Below, one piece after another: positions 12,829 to 25,200 of a stretch of DNA of 64,000 nucleotides. The translations under genes were made by a program, and so were the position numbers. The stretch comes from Perna viridis. Lineage: Eukaryota. The notes beneath the pieces are model-generated. The model made no database searches. It saw only the letters and a list, made by a program, of their open reading frames with translations, and was not told the DNA's origin. Positions within the stretch are counted from its first letter, which is position 1. Every line of letters begins with the position of its first letter. The stretch is from positions 50,137,195-50,201,194 of the forward strand of contig CM074513.1 of NCBI GenBank assembly GCA_037379345.1. The letters run 5' to 3'.

Positions 12829-13759
12829 TGATCCTTGAAATCATATTTTCATGACCTGAATATATGGTAGGTTGGATCGGATAGTTCTACTGGTGCGATA
12901 TATGACGAAAATACTGTAGTGAATGAAAAAACCCATCATAACCATAAACACTGACTTATAATTGATCAATTAAATGTACTGTAGCTAAATGTCTAATTAT
13001 TGTCACCTTTAGTAAATCATTTTATTCAACATATATAGTACTTCATGTGATCAAACCTAATATCAAGTCACATGGATTAAAGTGTGTGTCTTCCCGATCT
13101 CCAAACTCCAGATTGTACAGAGTTAAACATGAAAAAAAAACGATGTTACAAATAAATGATAAATTTCATTGCTTCACTAATTAAAAAAAACAGTCCTTTA
13201 ACCAATGAAACGCACACAAATCGATGAATAGTAAATTCTAAAATATAGGTTGATAACAAAATTATCGAACTGATAAGCTCTAGGTAATGGTCAAAACAAA
13301 AAAGAAGGAAAGTCCATATAACAAGTGACAATAGTAAGTGTAAAAATAACCAAAATAACATATACAAAGTAAAACAAGAGGCTTCCAAAAGCCTGAATCG
13401 CTCACCTGATTAAAGGGGTAGGCTCACTAAGTACCAAATTTGGCCCAAGCTCAATTTTGACAAAAGCTTAATCGATGGATAGGTATTGATGAAATATATA
13501 TATATAAAAAATTCAAATGCCTGAATATCAATTATGCGTTTCCATGGCAACCGATTGAAGCATTCATAAGAAATTCACATTTTCTTTCATTAAAATGACA
13601 TAGTTGGCCAATTTATTCATCTTTGGTATTGACTTACCTTATAACTTTGTAGAAGACTTTGTATAATGAATAAAAATCACAATAAAAACTAATGTTTCTT
13701 TCATGTTTCCTTGGAAACCCATCATTTTTTAACAACATCACCGTTTCTTACTTCTAAAC

Positions 13760-14820
13760 CAGCACAATGACGACTTCACTTGGCGTCCGTCGTCGTCGTC
13801 GTTGTCGTTACCAATTATTTAAAACTTCTCCTCTGAAACTACTAGATAGATTTGCATGCAACTTATAATGACTGTTTCTTAGAGTATCCTTAACAAATTG
13901 ATTATTTGGATTTTTGATAGGTTAAAAAACATGGCTGCCGTTACTAAAAATAGAACATAGGGGTCAGACAGCAGCTTTTTGCATATATCTCCAAAATCTT
14001 TAGGGTTAGAAAAATTCTGACTAGGTAAAAGTATTCAGCATGATAAGATCTATCTGTGGTCAAATTTCGGTGAAAATCTGTTGACCCATGTTGGAGTTAT
14101 TACCCTTTTTGGACATTTTTTGCTGTTTTTGATGATATTACTTTCAAAAATCTTCTTCTCAAAAACTACTATGCATAATTCAATGAAAGTTTGTACTTTT
14201 ATTCTGTAAGGTATCCGTAACAAAATGACCGTTTGGATGTATGATCGGTTAAAAAAACATGGCCGTCATTACTTAAAATAGAACATAAGGGTCGTACAGT
14301 AGTTTTTTTTTTTTTTTTTTTGCATATATCTCTTAAACCGTTAGGTTTGTCCAATATATTGTCATTGCTGAAATATCCTTATTATAAGGCCTACAAAAGT
14401 CTGCTGGGATCAAAGTTGTCAGACAACTCCTTGTAAGGGTTATTGCCCTTGAGAGGTGAAAAATGACTTTTTACAGTTTTCAGCCTATATCTTGAAAAAT
14501 ATGATAGATAAAATGAAACTTCAATTGCAGAAACGATTCTTATCATAAGGCCTAATAAAAGTCTCCAGGGATCAAAGTTGTCACACGACTCCATAGAAGA
14601 GTCATTGCCCTTGAAAGGCAAAAAATTACGTTTTTTTGCAGTTTTCAGTCAATATCTTGAAAATTATTATAGATAGAATGAAACTTTTGATTGATGATAT
14701 GATCCTCATGATAAGTCCTACCAAAGTCTTCATGAAGTCAAAATTGTCGGACAATTTCTTGCTATAGTTGCTTCCTTGAAAAGCAAAAATTTCACAAGAT
14801 GAGCGATTCAGCCTCTTGTT
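13760..14820. mobile_element. Helentron/HINE-like non-autonomous repeat with (cgt)n microsatellite and internal subrepeats
   Basis: (cgt)n at 13785-13808, duplicated blocks 13820-14000/14150-14340 and three ~170-bp blocks 14370-14790, terminus gatgagcgattcagcctcttgtt; an oppositely oriented terminus lies at 13373-13409. Confidence 0.6.
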
Positions 14821-15239
14821 TAGTATGTTGTCCTTAAATTGTTTCAATATTAATTACTTTCAGAGAAGCTTTATAGTAGTGAACATTTTCTCAAATTTAT
14901 TAGAACGAGTTGCAAACTTGCCGGTGTGATTTATGAGCAGGGATAATGTTAGACGCTATGAAGTGTCAAAAAATCAAATTAACTACAGTGAAATTCTACC
15001 AATTCATTATTTTTTTTTTTTTAAATATTTGTTTCATTAAAAATCTTTTTTTCATCTGGTTTAACTGGTTTTATTCATAATACCTGAGGAATAATTCAGA
15101 TAAAACAATATTTTACAAATGAACCTAAAGTGATGTTAATAACAAGAATTTAAAACAATAACAATTTCAAAGTTTTTGTAAGTATGAAGAAGGCTTTCTT
15201 AAATACATAAATTATGAACAATAGACTACCACAATTAAC

Positions 15240-15785
15240 TTTTCACTCCTCAATCACACTAGCTACACTTTCAGTCTCAGATTCCGATGAATCAATAGCT
15301 GGTGGCAAATCACTTGCATCAGACAAATAAACACTTCAATCACGTACACCAAATGCTTGTCTTGTTTCTCTTGCACCACTCAAATACCATACAACAGCAG
15401 CTACATGCGCACAGACACCAACTACACGACATCCAGTACGACATGTGAAGTACCAAGACTGCACATCATTAACAGAAAATCTTATCTAAACTGAATATTT
15501 TTTGGCAGAAATATGTCTACTTTAAATTCTGACTGATCAAGTTTTTTTTTATAAATATGGAAGACTCCCCATCAATGAGAGAGTTTAAGTTGGTATACCT
15601 CAAGGGGTTAACTTCGAAGCTCATTTAGTTGAGGAATGCAATGTCACTCTCCTCAATTTCAACCCAATTGGCTGACCTTTTCTCCAAATGGTTTGTGTTC
15701 ACATATTCCTTTAAGGTATTGACCTACAACAAAAGATTAATAATCTGAATTTTGGTAAACAAAATTGTGGGAGGGGAATTGTGAC

Positions 15786-15817
<32 letters not shown>

Positions 15818-16401
15818 AAAGGTAACGCAGATTTCTTTTTGCATATTTTTAAATAAATGTATTAAGTAAATACAAATCAGCATTTGTTAATTTTATGCTG
15901 GTCAGGAATTGACTTGTGTGTTTATGTTTGTAAATGATTCAAGGGTAAGCAATTTGTGGCTATCTAAATGCAAGCCACAACATCTTGCTCCAGCTGGTAT
16001 GATCATGTTACCATCAATAAAAGCTTTGAATCGAGCATCTTGTGAGAGAACATACATCTTTGACCCTTGCCTTTTACATTCAAAACATCTTGCTTGGTAT
16101 ATGCAATAAAACAGAGGGTGGACTTGCAATGGGGCTTGAAATTCTTGGCTTTTTCGATGGCACATAATCAAGACCGGAATCATATGGTTGAACTGTAGTT
16201 TTTCTGACTAATTCTAGTATGTTGTTTTCAGACTTTTAATACATGTGTAAACATTTATTGCAAAGCTTGTCATCCTGTGAAATTTCTGATATTAAAAAAA
16301 AACTTTCTCTTTAGATAGTTCTTTACAACAGGGTTGATATTCTTTTTATTTTAAGGTTTTATTCTGGCGTTACACAAAATACAGTTGTAGTGCTTCACCA
16401 T
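15240..16401 (-). pseudogene. DNA-transposon protein relic: N-terminal Cys-rich fingers and C-terminal SWIM finger, catalytic core apparently deleted
   Basis: MVKHYNCILCNARI (ATG 16401), KLCNKCLH, RCFECK...ARCCGLHL (ORF 15902-16183), QSWYFTCRTGCRVVGVCAHVAAVVWYL (~15380-15465); stops and frameshifts. Superfamily (Kolobok/ISL2EU-like) not resolved. Confidence 0.65.
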
Positions 16402-16690
16402 GATTCTGAAGAAAAAATATAAAGAAAATATATTTTTTGCTTACTAACATACTGGTATATTCCATATACTATTTAATTATTAGCTTTTACAATAAATTGG
16501 TTCGAAACCTTAACCTGAACTTACTTTACTCTATGTACATTTAATGACAGTATTCTATTTTTTTATTCTTATATTTATTCCAATTTGTAGCTATCTTATA
16601 TAATTTAATATATACCTTCTATTCTTTTATAAGTAACAATATCTTATATACTATATAAGATATATTATATACTCTATGAGATATCTTAAC

Positions 16691-17277
16691 ATTTACGACA
16701 AACGTGATGACTTTTCATTCAGAATTGTCGAATTTCCGTTCATCTGTGGCAACATCCCTTCAGCACCTGCGTATGGTGAGTTCATCTCACAATTCATACA
16801 TTATGCCAGAGTTTGCCGCAGACTTTTTGTATCGCGTTAGACTTATTACGAGTAGGCTTCTGAAACAGGGTTATGTTGCTACAAGATTGAAGTCATCACT
16901 ACAGAAGTTTTATGGTCGTCATGAACTCGTGGATCGTTATGGTGTATCCATCAGCACCATGAAAACTGATTTATTCAACGGGTCATAGTTTTCCTTTCCT
17001 CGTTTGTCTACCCCGGATTTGACATTTTATGAGCAACTCGGCGGGTGTTTCTAGAAAAGCAGAGGACGCATTCCCTACCGATGCACCTGGTCAATGCTCC
17101 CAGTTTTTTTAATCCGAGTTGCTTATTTGCTTTTGTTACCAAGTATATACTTTGTATGTATTATTTTAGTTGCTTTATGTTCTTTCTTGTTTCTTTGTCT
17201 GTTTTCATGTCTGGTCTTTGTCCCTGGATTACATTCTTTTAATTTCCGCGAGAACCTTGGTTCCCTTGATTACTCTC
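16691..17277 (+). mobile_element. 5'-truncated Penelope-like element copy
   Basis: High identity to 4850-5930, including the 3' UTR hairpin and tail. Confidence 0.85.
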
Positions 17278-19779
17278 TCAAAAAGGCTTTAAGAAATCTT
17301 TTAAGTTTCATAAGATATCTTATAGGTTTCATAACATAACTTGCACAGTATATAAGACATCTTATGAAAAATATAAGTTATATCATAAAATACATAAAAT
17401 ATCTTATAAACTTGAAAGAAATCTTATATATAAATAAAGATATCTGATATACAAAATTATATAAGATGTCTTATTTCTGTCATCAAATACATAATATCTG
17501 ATATATTTTATATGATATCTTATAAAAAAAAAATAGATGTTTGCTATATAATATATCTACAAATTTGAATAAATATAAATAAGGCATGCCATGTTAAATT
17601 GCAAAGAAAATATGACGCTGTTCTTTATTTGTTCATGTATCCTTACTCCTCTGAAAAATACCTTCAAAAGCATTTTTTTGAAATGTGAAAACCCCCAGAG
17701 TATAATGCTGCAGTAAAAAATTGCTTATTTTTTTAAATTTCAATTTAGTGCTGTCAAAATTGATACTTTTGACCAATTTACAGTGATTGTCATTATAATG
17801 AAAATAAGAATGTGTAAACTGCACTACATACTTAAATGAACAAATTATAGCTACATGGGCCATTAATTTTTCAAAGGGGGTTATTTCAGAAGAAAATTAG
17901 TCCCTGATTATTGGAAGACATCATTTGGCTCACATGACAATCCAATGACCCCCTTCTAGAAAATTGGTCTATGACCTAATGTTACCAAATACAGTTTTTC
18001 TTTTTTTAAACTGCCATATTCTTCATGTAAATGCAAAATAAAAATTTATGTCCGTCAAGTTAAAAAAGTTGTCCCCACCCTATCCCTCCACTCCCCCCCC
18101 CACCCCCAAGAAAAAACTATGTAGTCAAACTGCTCTTCATTATACTTTGCTCAAGAATTAAAATTTCAGTTAACCAAGGAAACAGCGGTTTAGTTTCAAA
18201 GTCCTGCACTATAATATCATATTTTTGTTGGTATACCAATCTTGGAAATAGAAACTGTTTAGGGTGTTATCATTAGTCACCCACTTATCTTTGATTTTAG
18301 TGTGTAGAATAACATATGATATGCAGTAATTGGCTTATTAAGACAACGTGATTAGTGTATATAAGTGGGTGCCGTTAGGACCTGGGTAAGAATGAAACAG
18401 GAACATACGAGGTACGTTAAATGTTTTCGTTTGAATTGTTTTTATTGTTGTTGGTTTTGAATACCTTAATGTACAAGCTTCACAATACACTGAATAACTC
18501 TTTATAAAATACTTACGGTTCTGCGCGGTATCGCCATTACGATAAATGGGCGCAGTTTGGACACTCGAGGATATATGGACGATATTTATTTGCCTAAATG
18601 ATATCTTTACCCTTTTTCGATTTTTTTTTTCGATTTTTGATATGATCTTTATAAATATGCATAAAAAGATATATCGCAAATTTTGTTTCTGTTGCATTTT
18701 TTTAGGTCAAACAGTAGAATGGCTGGATTAATTTGTAATGCAAGGTTTCGCATGTTTTAAATATTTGAGAAGAATTTTTATATCACAAACTTCATACAAC
18801 CATAGTATACGCTTATTTGGATGAGAAATCTTTGAGAATAAACGTTTAGACGACGTTTGAGCAACAGCTATACTATGTTCACATGAGTCAACGGTAAAGG
18901 TAATACAATGCCATAGTAAACAATATACATGAATTCATCTCTATCAAATAATGAAATAACAGCAGCACAATGCCATTACAAGATTGTCTTTGACAAAAAT
19001 GGATAACAGAGACAACAAGATGTGGTTGATCGCAATGTCTTGGATTAAATAATGGCGTTTACACTTTTGAAACCATCGATTATAGTTTTCTGAAAGTTTA
19101 TTAGGATTGAGGACGAGTTGTGGAATCAAAGTAGATATACCCTTTACCCTATCCAACCTTGTTATGCTTATGCGAATCGCATAAAAAATTTAATCAAGAA
19201 TAGCGGAAGCTCAGTAAAATGCTTTACAATTTTATCAAAACTGTGTAAATGGGTTGGCGATACCAAAGTGCAACAGGCAAAATTAAAAATTGGAGGATTG
19301 GAATTCATCATCACTATATACACTTAAAGCAAAGTATAATACAATTCATCATTCGGATTGGTATTGTGAATGTTCGACAGAGTATAAGCTTCTGATAAGA
19401 AAGAAAGAGGCCAATACCTTTAATTTCGACGAAGGAAAAAAATCTTTCTTGCTGGCATTGTGTTTGTCCCTATAAACTGATAGCTATTCAAATCCACAAA
19501 AACATTTCTTTTAATGGTATGAACATACAATTTCCTGTCGTTGTGGGGCATGTTATTTTTTTTTAAATCACACTTCTACTCAAATTACTGTCCACAGATC
19601 TGGATTTATTTGTCCATAACTCCTCAAAACCACAAGTCCAAACCCATAGAAACCATTACCAAACTTTTCCTGAGGTATGACACATTGTGGTACAACTTCA
19701 TAGGGATCCATACACTCTCACTCACGCTATCGCCCGAAAACTAAGCAAAATTTGTTTGTTACCTGTTCCGTTTTGTCCA

Positions 19780-20385
19780 AAGGAAAGAGCATCATTTATC
19801 CAGATCCTTTGATCTCAGTTTCTGCTATATAGATCATATATTATCGTTAAACGAACCTAGTTTCGGGGTTTTAGACATTGCATCTACCCCAAAAAACTTC
19901 AGATAAAGGATACTACAGACACTTGGAAGTCAGCCTCATATCTTGACCTACACTTACAGATCGATGGCTAAGAAAACCTATTAACTATTACGCTAGACTT
20001 CTTACAGTCAAGCTTCTGGAACAGGGTTATGTTGCTACAAGACAGAAGTCATCACTACTGAAGTTTCATTGCCGTCATCATGAACTCGTGGATGGTTATG
20101 GTGTATCCACCTGCAGCATAAGAATCGATTTGTTCAATGTGTCAATAGTTTTTCTTTCCGTTTTCGTCAATTCCAGACTGACTCTTTAAGAGCAAGTCGG
20201 CGGGTATTGGACGCATACCCTACCGGTACATCTGGTCCATACTCCAGTTTTAGTGGAATCCGAGTTGCTAATTTACTTGTTATTTTGGTTAGTTAATTAT
20301 CTTTGTTGTGTGTGTCTGTTTTCCCTGTCTGGTCTTTGTCTCTATATCAGATTCTTTTGAATCTTGATTCCCTTGATTTATCTTT
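19780..20385 (+). mobile_element. Decayed 5'-truncated Penelope-like element copy
   Basis: Aligns with 4640-5930 with an internal deletion. Confidence 0.75.
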
Positions 20386-22241
20386 AATGTTATCAATTTC
20401 ACTCACTACAAAACTTTAAACATGTACTTCAATCGCGTATTTTAAGATCTCAAAATTGGTGAATATCTGACTGCTCCTGTCACAATAATATTGCCTGTCA
20501 TTACACAATTCTCCATTTCGATAATCTCGCCGGTCTCGTCCGTCGGTTATAACGGGTGATTTGAATATAATAAACAAATGGTTTCCGTAATATCAAAAAT
20601 GAATTTTTATACCGTCAGCCAACACAAATCAATTATAATTTCAGTTTTCGAAATTCAACGGACACACTTAAGGACAATCCATTCAAATATATTAAGCGGG
20701 GAAAGGAGAATAATGTTGACACCCTTTCTGAGGAATTGAAAGTACTCAGAACTTCCGTTCGAAAACAAAGCAATGATCTGAAGTAGTGCAAATGTATCAA
20801 AAAGCAATAACGATTGATGTTCAAAGATCCTGAGGTTACAAAATCACTTCCAACGACAAAATATTACGTTGATTCACAAATTAAGCATCAAATCATATCG
20901 TGTTCATCCATTATAGTCATTACAGTGTTAGTAGAATAGTAGTATAAGACTTCATAAGGCAAAATGACATAATTACACAATTACAACGATTTCGGAAGGA
21001 GGACGACATCATAGATCACAAGTAGGTCATGTCGTCCTTCGGTGTTTCTACTTAAAACGAAGATTGAGATGTCCGTTCTTTATAATAAATCTACAGACAC
21101 CATACATATCCATACACAATAGCTGTGGATCTATCAACTGCACATTTAAATCCGTTCTAAATTACTTACATCACAACTGTGATAACTGGATATGAAGCAG
21201 TATGTGTGTATCCCATACAAAACTAACTGGAATGTAACAGATAGAAAAGTGTTGTCTCTCAAACCCGCGAATGGATTACAGTTTAATAGAAAACGGGATG
21301 GTAGTGATTTTTTTCGACATATGCATCGGGGGACACAAAATTTCGCGATAGTAAATAGTCTGTGAGCGAGCTGAAGTTCATTTGTAAGAGAGAATGCAGT
21401 ACTTTACCCAAACGATTACCTGCATAATTGAAATACAAAATTATTTCTTTGGATTTTTTACATGTATTTTTAAACGTTCTTTGTTTTTCGTTACGGACAA
21501 AATCCAAAGCTTTAATGTTGAAAACAAAAAACAATATGTGCATGGCAGTGATCTGCGAGTGTTATGATTATGCTGACCGGCAACTAGTTTGGCAATAAAT
21601 TCTGTTCATTAAACATAAAAAGAAGAGCTGCGTTATCAATACATAAACACTCGTTCCCTTTCAGTTCGTTGTATCCATAATAGAAATATTTTAAGAGCAC
21701 TGCTTTTTTAGAATGTCCCAACAGCAACCCCCAAAAACCATAAATACAAAATAAACATCCTGCATTAGATGCACCGATCCAAATACGTTATACGCATGGA
21801 TATAGGAGTATGAAATTGACATGATAGATATGACAGATATGAAGATTTTATTAATTATATCCAATAGCTCGAAAATGTTAATTTTGAAATTGAAAAATTG
21901 AAAGATCTTACGTCAAAAGAAATAAGCAAATCACCTTATTTGGTGGAAACTGCAGGAAACGTTTTGCAGTAAACCGAACGTCGTCCATTTTGCTCAAGAA
22001 TAAAGTCCAATAACTTGAAACAAAAGGAGAATTTATGAAAATCGTAACGAAACTCACGTTGCCAGAAAAAAACAATTCACCAAAGCGTATATAAATTGTT
22101 GTAGAGTTTCGAATTTATGTGTGAAGGGTGACGGACGTACGGTATTACAGACGTAAAAATAATAAAAATAAAATTTCAGTACATATATAGAAATAATGTT
22201 AATTTCTTCGTACAAAAACTGAATAAAAATGATTATTTACA

Positions 22242-25200
22242 CTAAAAATGTATGGATCCTTTATACGATGTGTACACTGTGAAACTTTTTGGAAAATACC
22301 TACAACAAACAATATTTCATAAGTATGTAAATATAACATAATGCATAATAAAGTTGAATTTGTTTACTAGCTTATCTTCATGAACTCTTTAACAACGATC
22401 TTCATAATTCTGAAAATGAATTATCGCAATATGTCTTTATTGAATTCTTTTGATTACCACTATAACCTTGTTTCCCTTGGTTACTCTTTTAAAAATGTAT
22501 CCACAAAAATGTATGTTCTTCCTTTGAAATTCAAGTTACTTCTTTTTATGTTGCTCATTTTATCAGTCAAGAAGTGTTGTCATTATTTAATCAAGTATAT
22601 TTGGGTTTTTTAATATTCATAAATATTTCACTTCAATAAACATTGTGACTCAAAGCACTTATTTCTAATAAGAATTAAACTGTTTAAATAGGAACAGATT
22701 GTCTATTTCGTTATAGCTTCGTTTTATTCATATAATACACCCATGCTGATTTCTTTCAATTCGTTCACACATTACCTGATATAAACCTCTGGAGTATCCA
22801 TCATATGTGTTTCACCGTCTATGTTGAATCTAAGGTTTAGATCTCTGGCGTCTGGGGGATTGTCCTCCGTCACTCGAATTCGCAGAGATTTTATATAGGT
22901 GGGCGTCACAAAATGCTTCACAGATTCAAACTGAAACCAGAACCGAGCTGATTTTATTTCATATGAAAACTGTTATCTCAGAATCTCAGAATACAACTTT
23001 ATTTAAAAAGACAAAGATTTGTAACAGGAAAAAAAACATTTATATTAAAGCCACTAAATGATAGTAAATTGACAATATGATAAATAAGTCGTGATCAACT
23101 TACTGACTTTACATACAATTTCGTCACTTTTTAAACGACAAACAATGATTAAAATTCAATTTTATTTGTTAACATAACTCACATATTCGAGGGATAGTCG
23201 ACTTAAGTTAGCAAAGAATTTCAGTAATTCCACTCTGCCACATCTATTAAATTCCATACAACTGAATTGGTCTTTAGTTTCAGGTTTTTTGACATACTGT
23301 CTATCTTCAAATTCCATATCATACGTGCATCCTATCAAGTTAATAATTTTTTTTCTTCGAGTCGCTATTTTAAAGAAAAAAGATCACAACTGACTTAAAA
23401 AGATAAAAAATATATATAGATATCTTTATCTATCTTAAATTGAGTGAATTATAGATCAAACGCTTTATATAGAATTACAACTTTTGAACAAAAATCTATA
23501 TTGAAAGCAACGCCTTTTATCTTAATTTTAAATTCTATGTTTATTTTTGTTGGGGGTCTTTGACTTTTGAAAAAATACTTAAACGGCAGGTTGCAATAAT
23601 TTCTAGCCTTGAGATCACTATGTAGAAGGTCAGGTTGCAATAATTTCTAGCCTTGAGATCACTATGTAGAAGGTCAAACTTAAATGTTTGCTCTACAATT
23701 GAAGAATATTTTTCCTGTTAGACATAGAATATAATGACTAGATGGGAGATCAAAGCAACGAGTCTTCTCGTAACAGGATTTTGCTCTCCGCGACAATCAA
23801 AGACCAGGTTAATATAACGATAATAAAGAGTTATCAAGTAAAAAGCAATGTTCTTATATAGAATGTTCAGTTTGCACACTGGGTTAAATGTAAAGTTCAT
23901 GAAGGTCTTCTTTAAAATAATGAAGATATGCAGCACTACCATTCATGTATCAGTGGTCAAAGAACAAAATCAGGTTTTATCCGTATATCAGCCTGCCTGT
24001 TATCAACACTCGACCGATATCGTCCCGCGGCCCGGTGGCCCTTGGGGTGAAATAGGAGCCTCCGGACGATACCGCATGTAATACAGATTTTTACATGTAA
24101 TATTCAGTATATTTCTGATACGAAATTCCTATGTCAGCCAGCTTTTTGGTAGGAGACAATACATGTCTGATGTAATGGTTAATTGTTATAAATATACATG
24201 AAAACTATTTTGAAATACCTTTCATAGCTGCCTTTTCACTCTTTGATATGCCATCTTGTTCATTCCCATCTCTGAAAATGATGATGAAAGGCTATACATG
24301 TCTCATATAAAAATGAATGATTTCTCTTATAACAATTCTTCCTAGTAGTTAAGTATTTTATATACAACACTGGTGTGCCTCCTACAAACTGTGGTTAAAA
24401 ATTAACAAATGACAAATAAAGAATTTACTTTGAAAGGTCAACTTATGGTTACTATTATACTACACATTTACACGCTGAAAGAACTAGTTTATAATAGGGG
24501 CACATTCAGATAATACGTACTATTTACAAATAAGCAATATATATTGTATAAAAGTTATTACATCTATACAAAGTATCTTACATCATTCCTTCCATTGATA
24601 CTTACAAATATTCGTAAGTTACCTCTAAGTCTACTTCACGTTGCGTCTTTATTAGAATATGCCACAAAGATATAACTATAAAAGAAATGAGTAGTTCGAA
24701 AGTTCTTCTATAAACTGCATAAATTCATTCAGTGTACAATATATGTTTTATTTCATTTTTACATGGTATCTCCTCTTATTGAAAGGAATCAATTCACATT
24801 TGTGTTTATTTAAGTTTCGTTTTAATATTATCTTATTATTATTATTACTATTACTATTTTTATTATTGTTTGTTAGTTTTTTGTTTGTTTTCTTTTTTTA
24901 ATGAATCTACTGAAATCATATTTGCATTACTTTCTAAGTAACAATGGTCATGACATTACAATATAATATACTAACATAGGTATCGTATTGTTCCTAGCCA
25001 TCTAAAATAAACATCTGTATCGTACATAAGGTCTGCATATCCAACATATCCAAAACATATATAACCATATCCAAGAAGTGTGTTGTTGTTAAAACCTCCT
25101 ATAGCATTATATTGATCTTTCTTTCCTGTTGGTTGTAACGTAGTCTTTTTAGAAATATTTAAATCAGGAGGGTTACATGTCAACAAATTGAGTGAGTACA

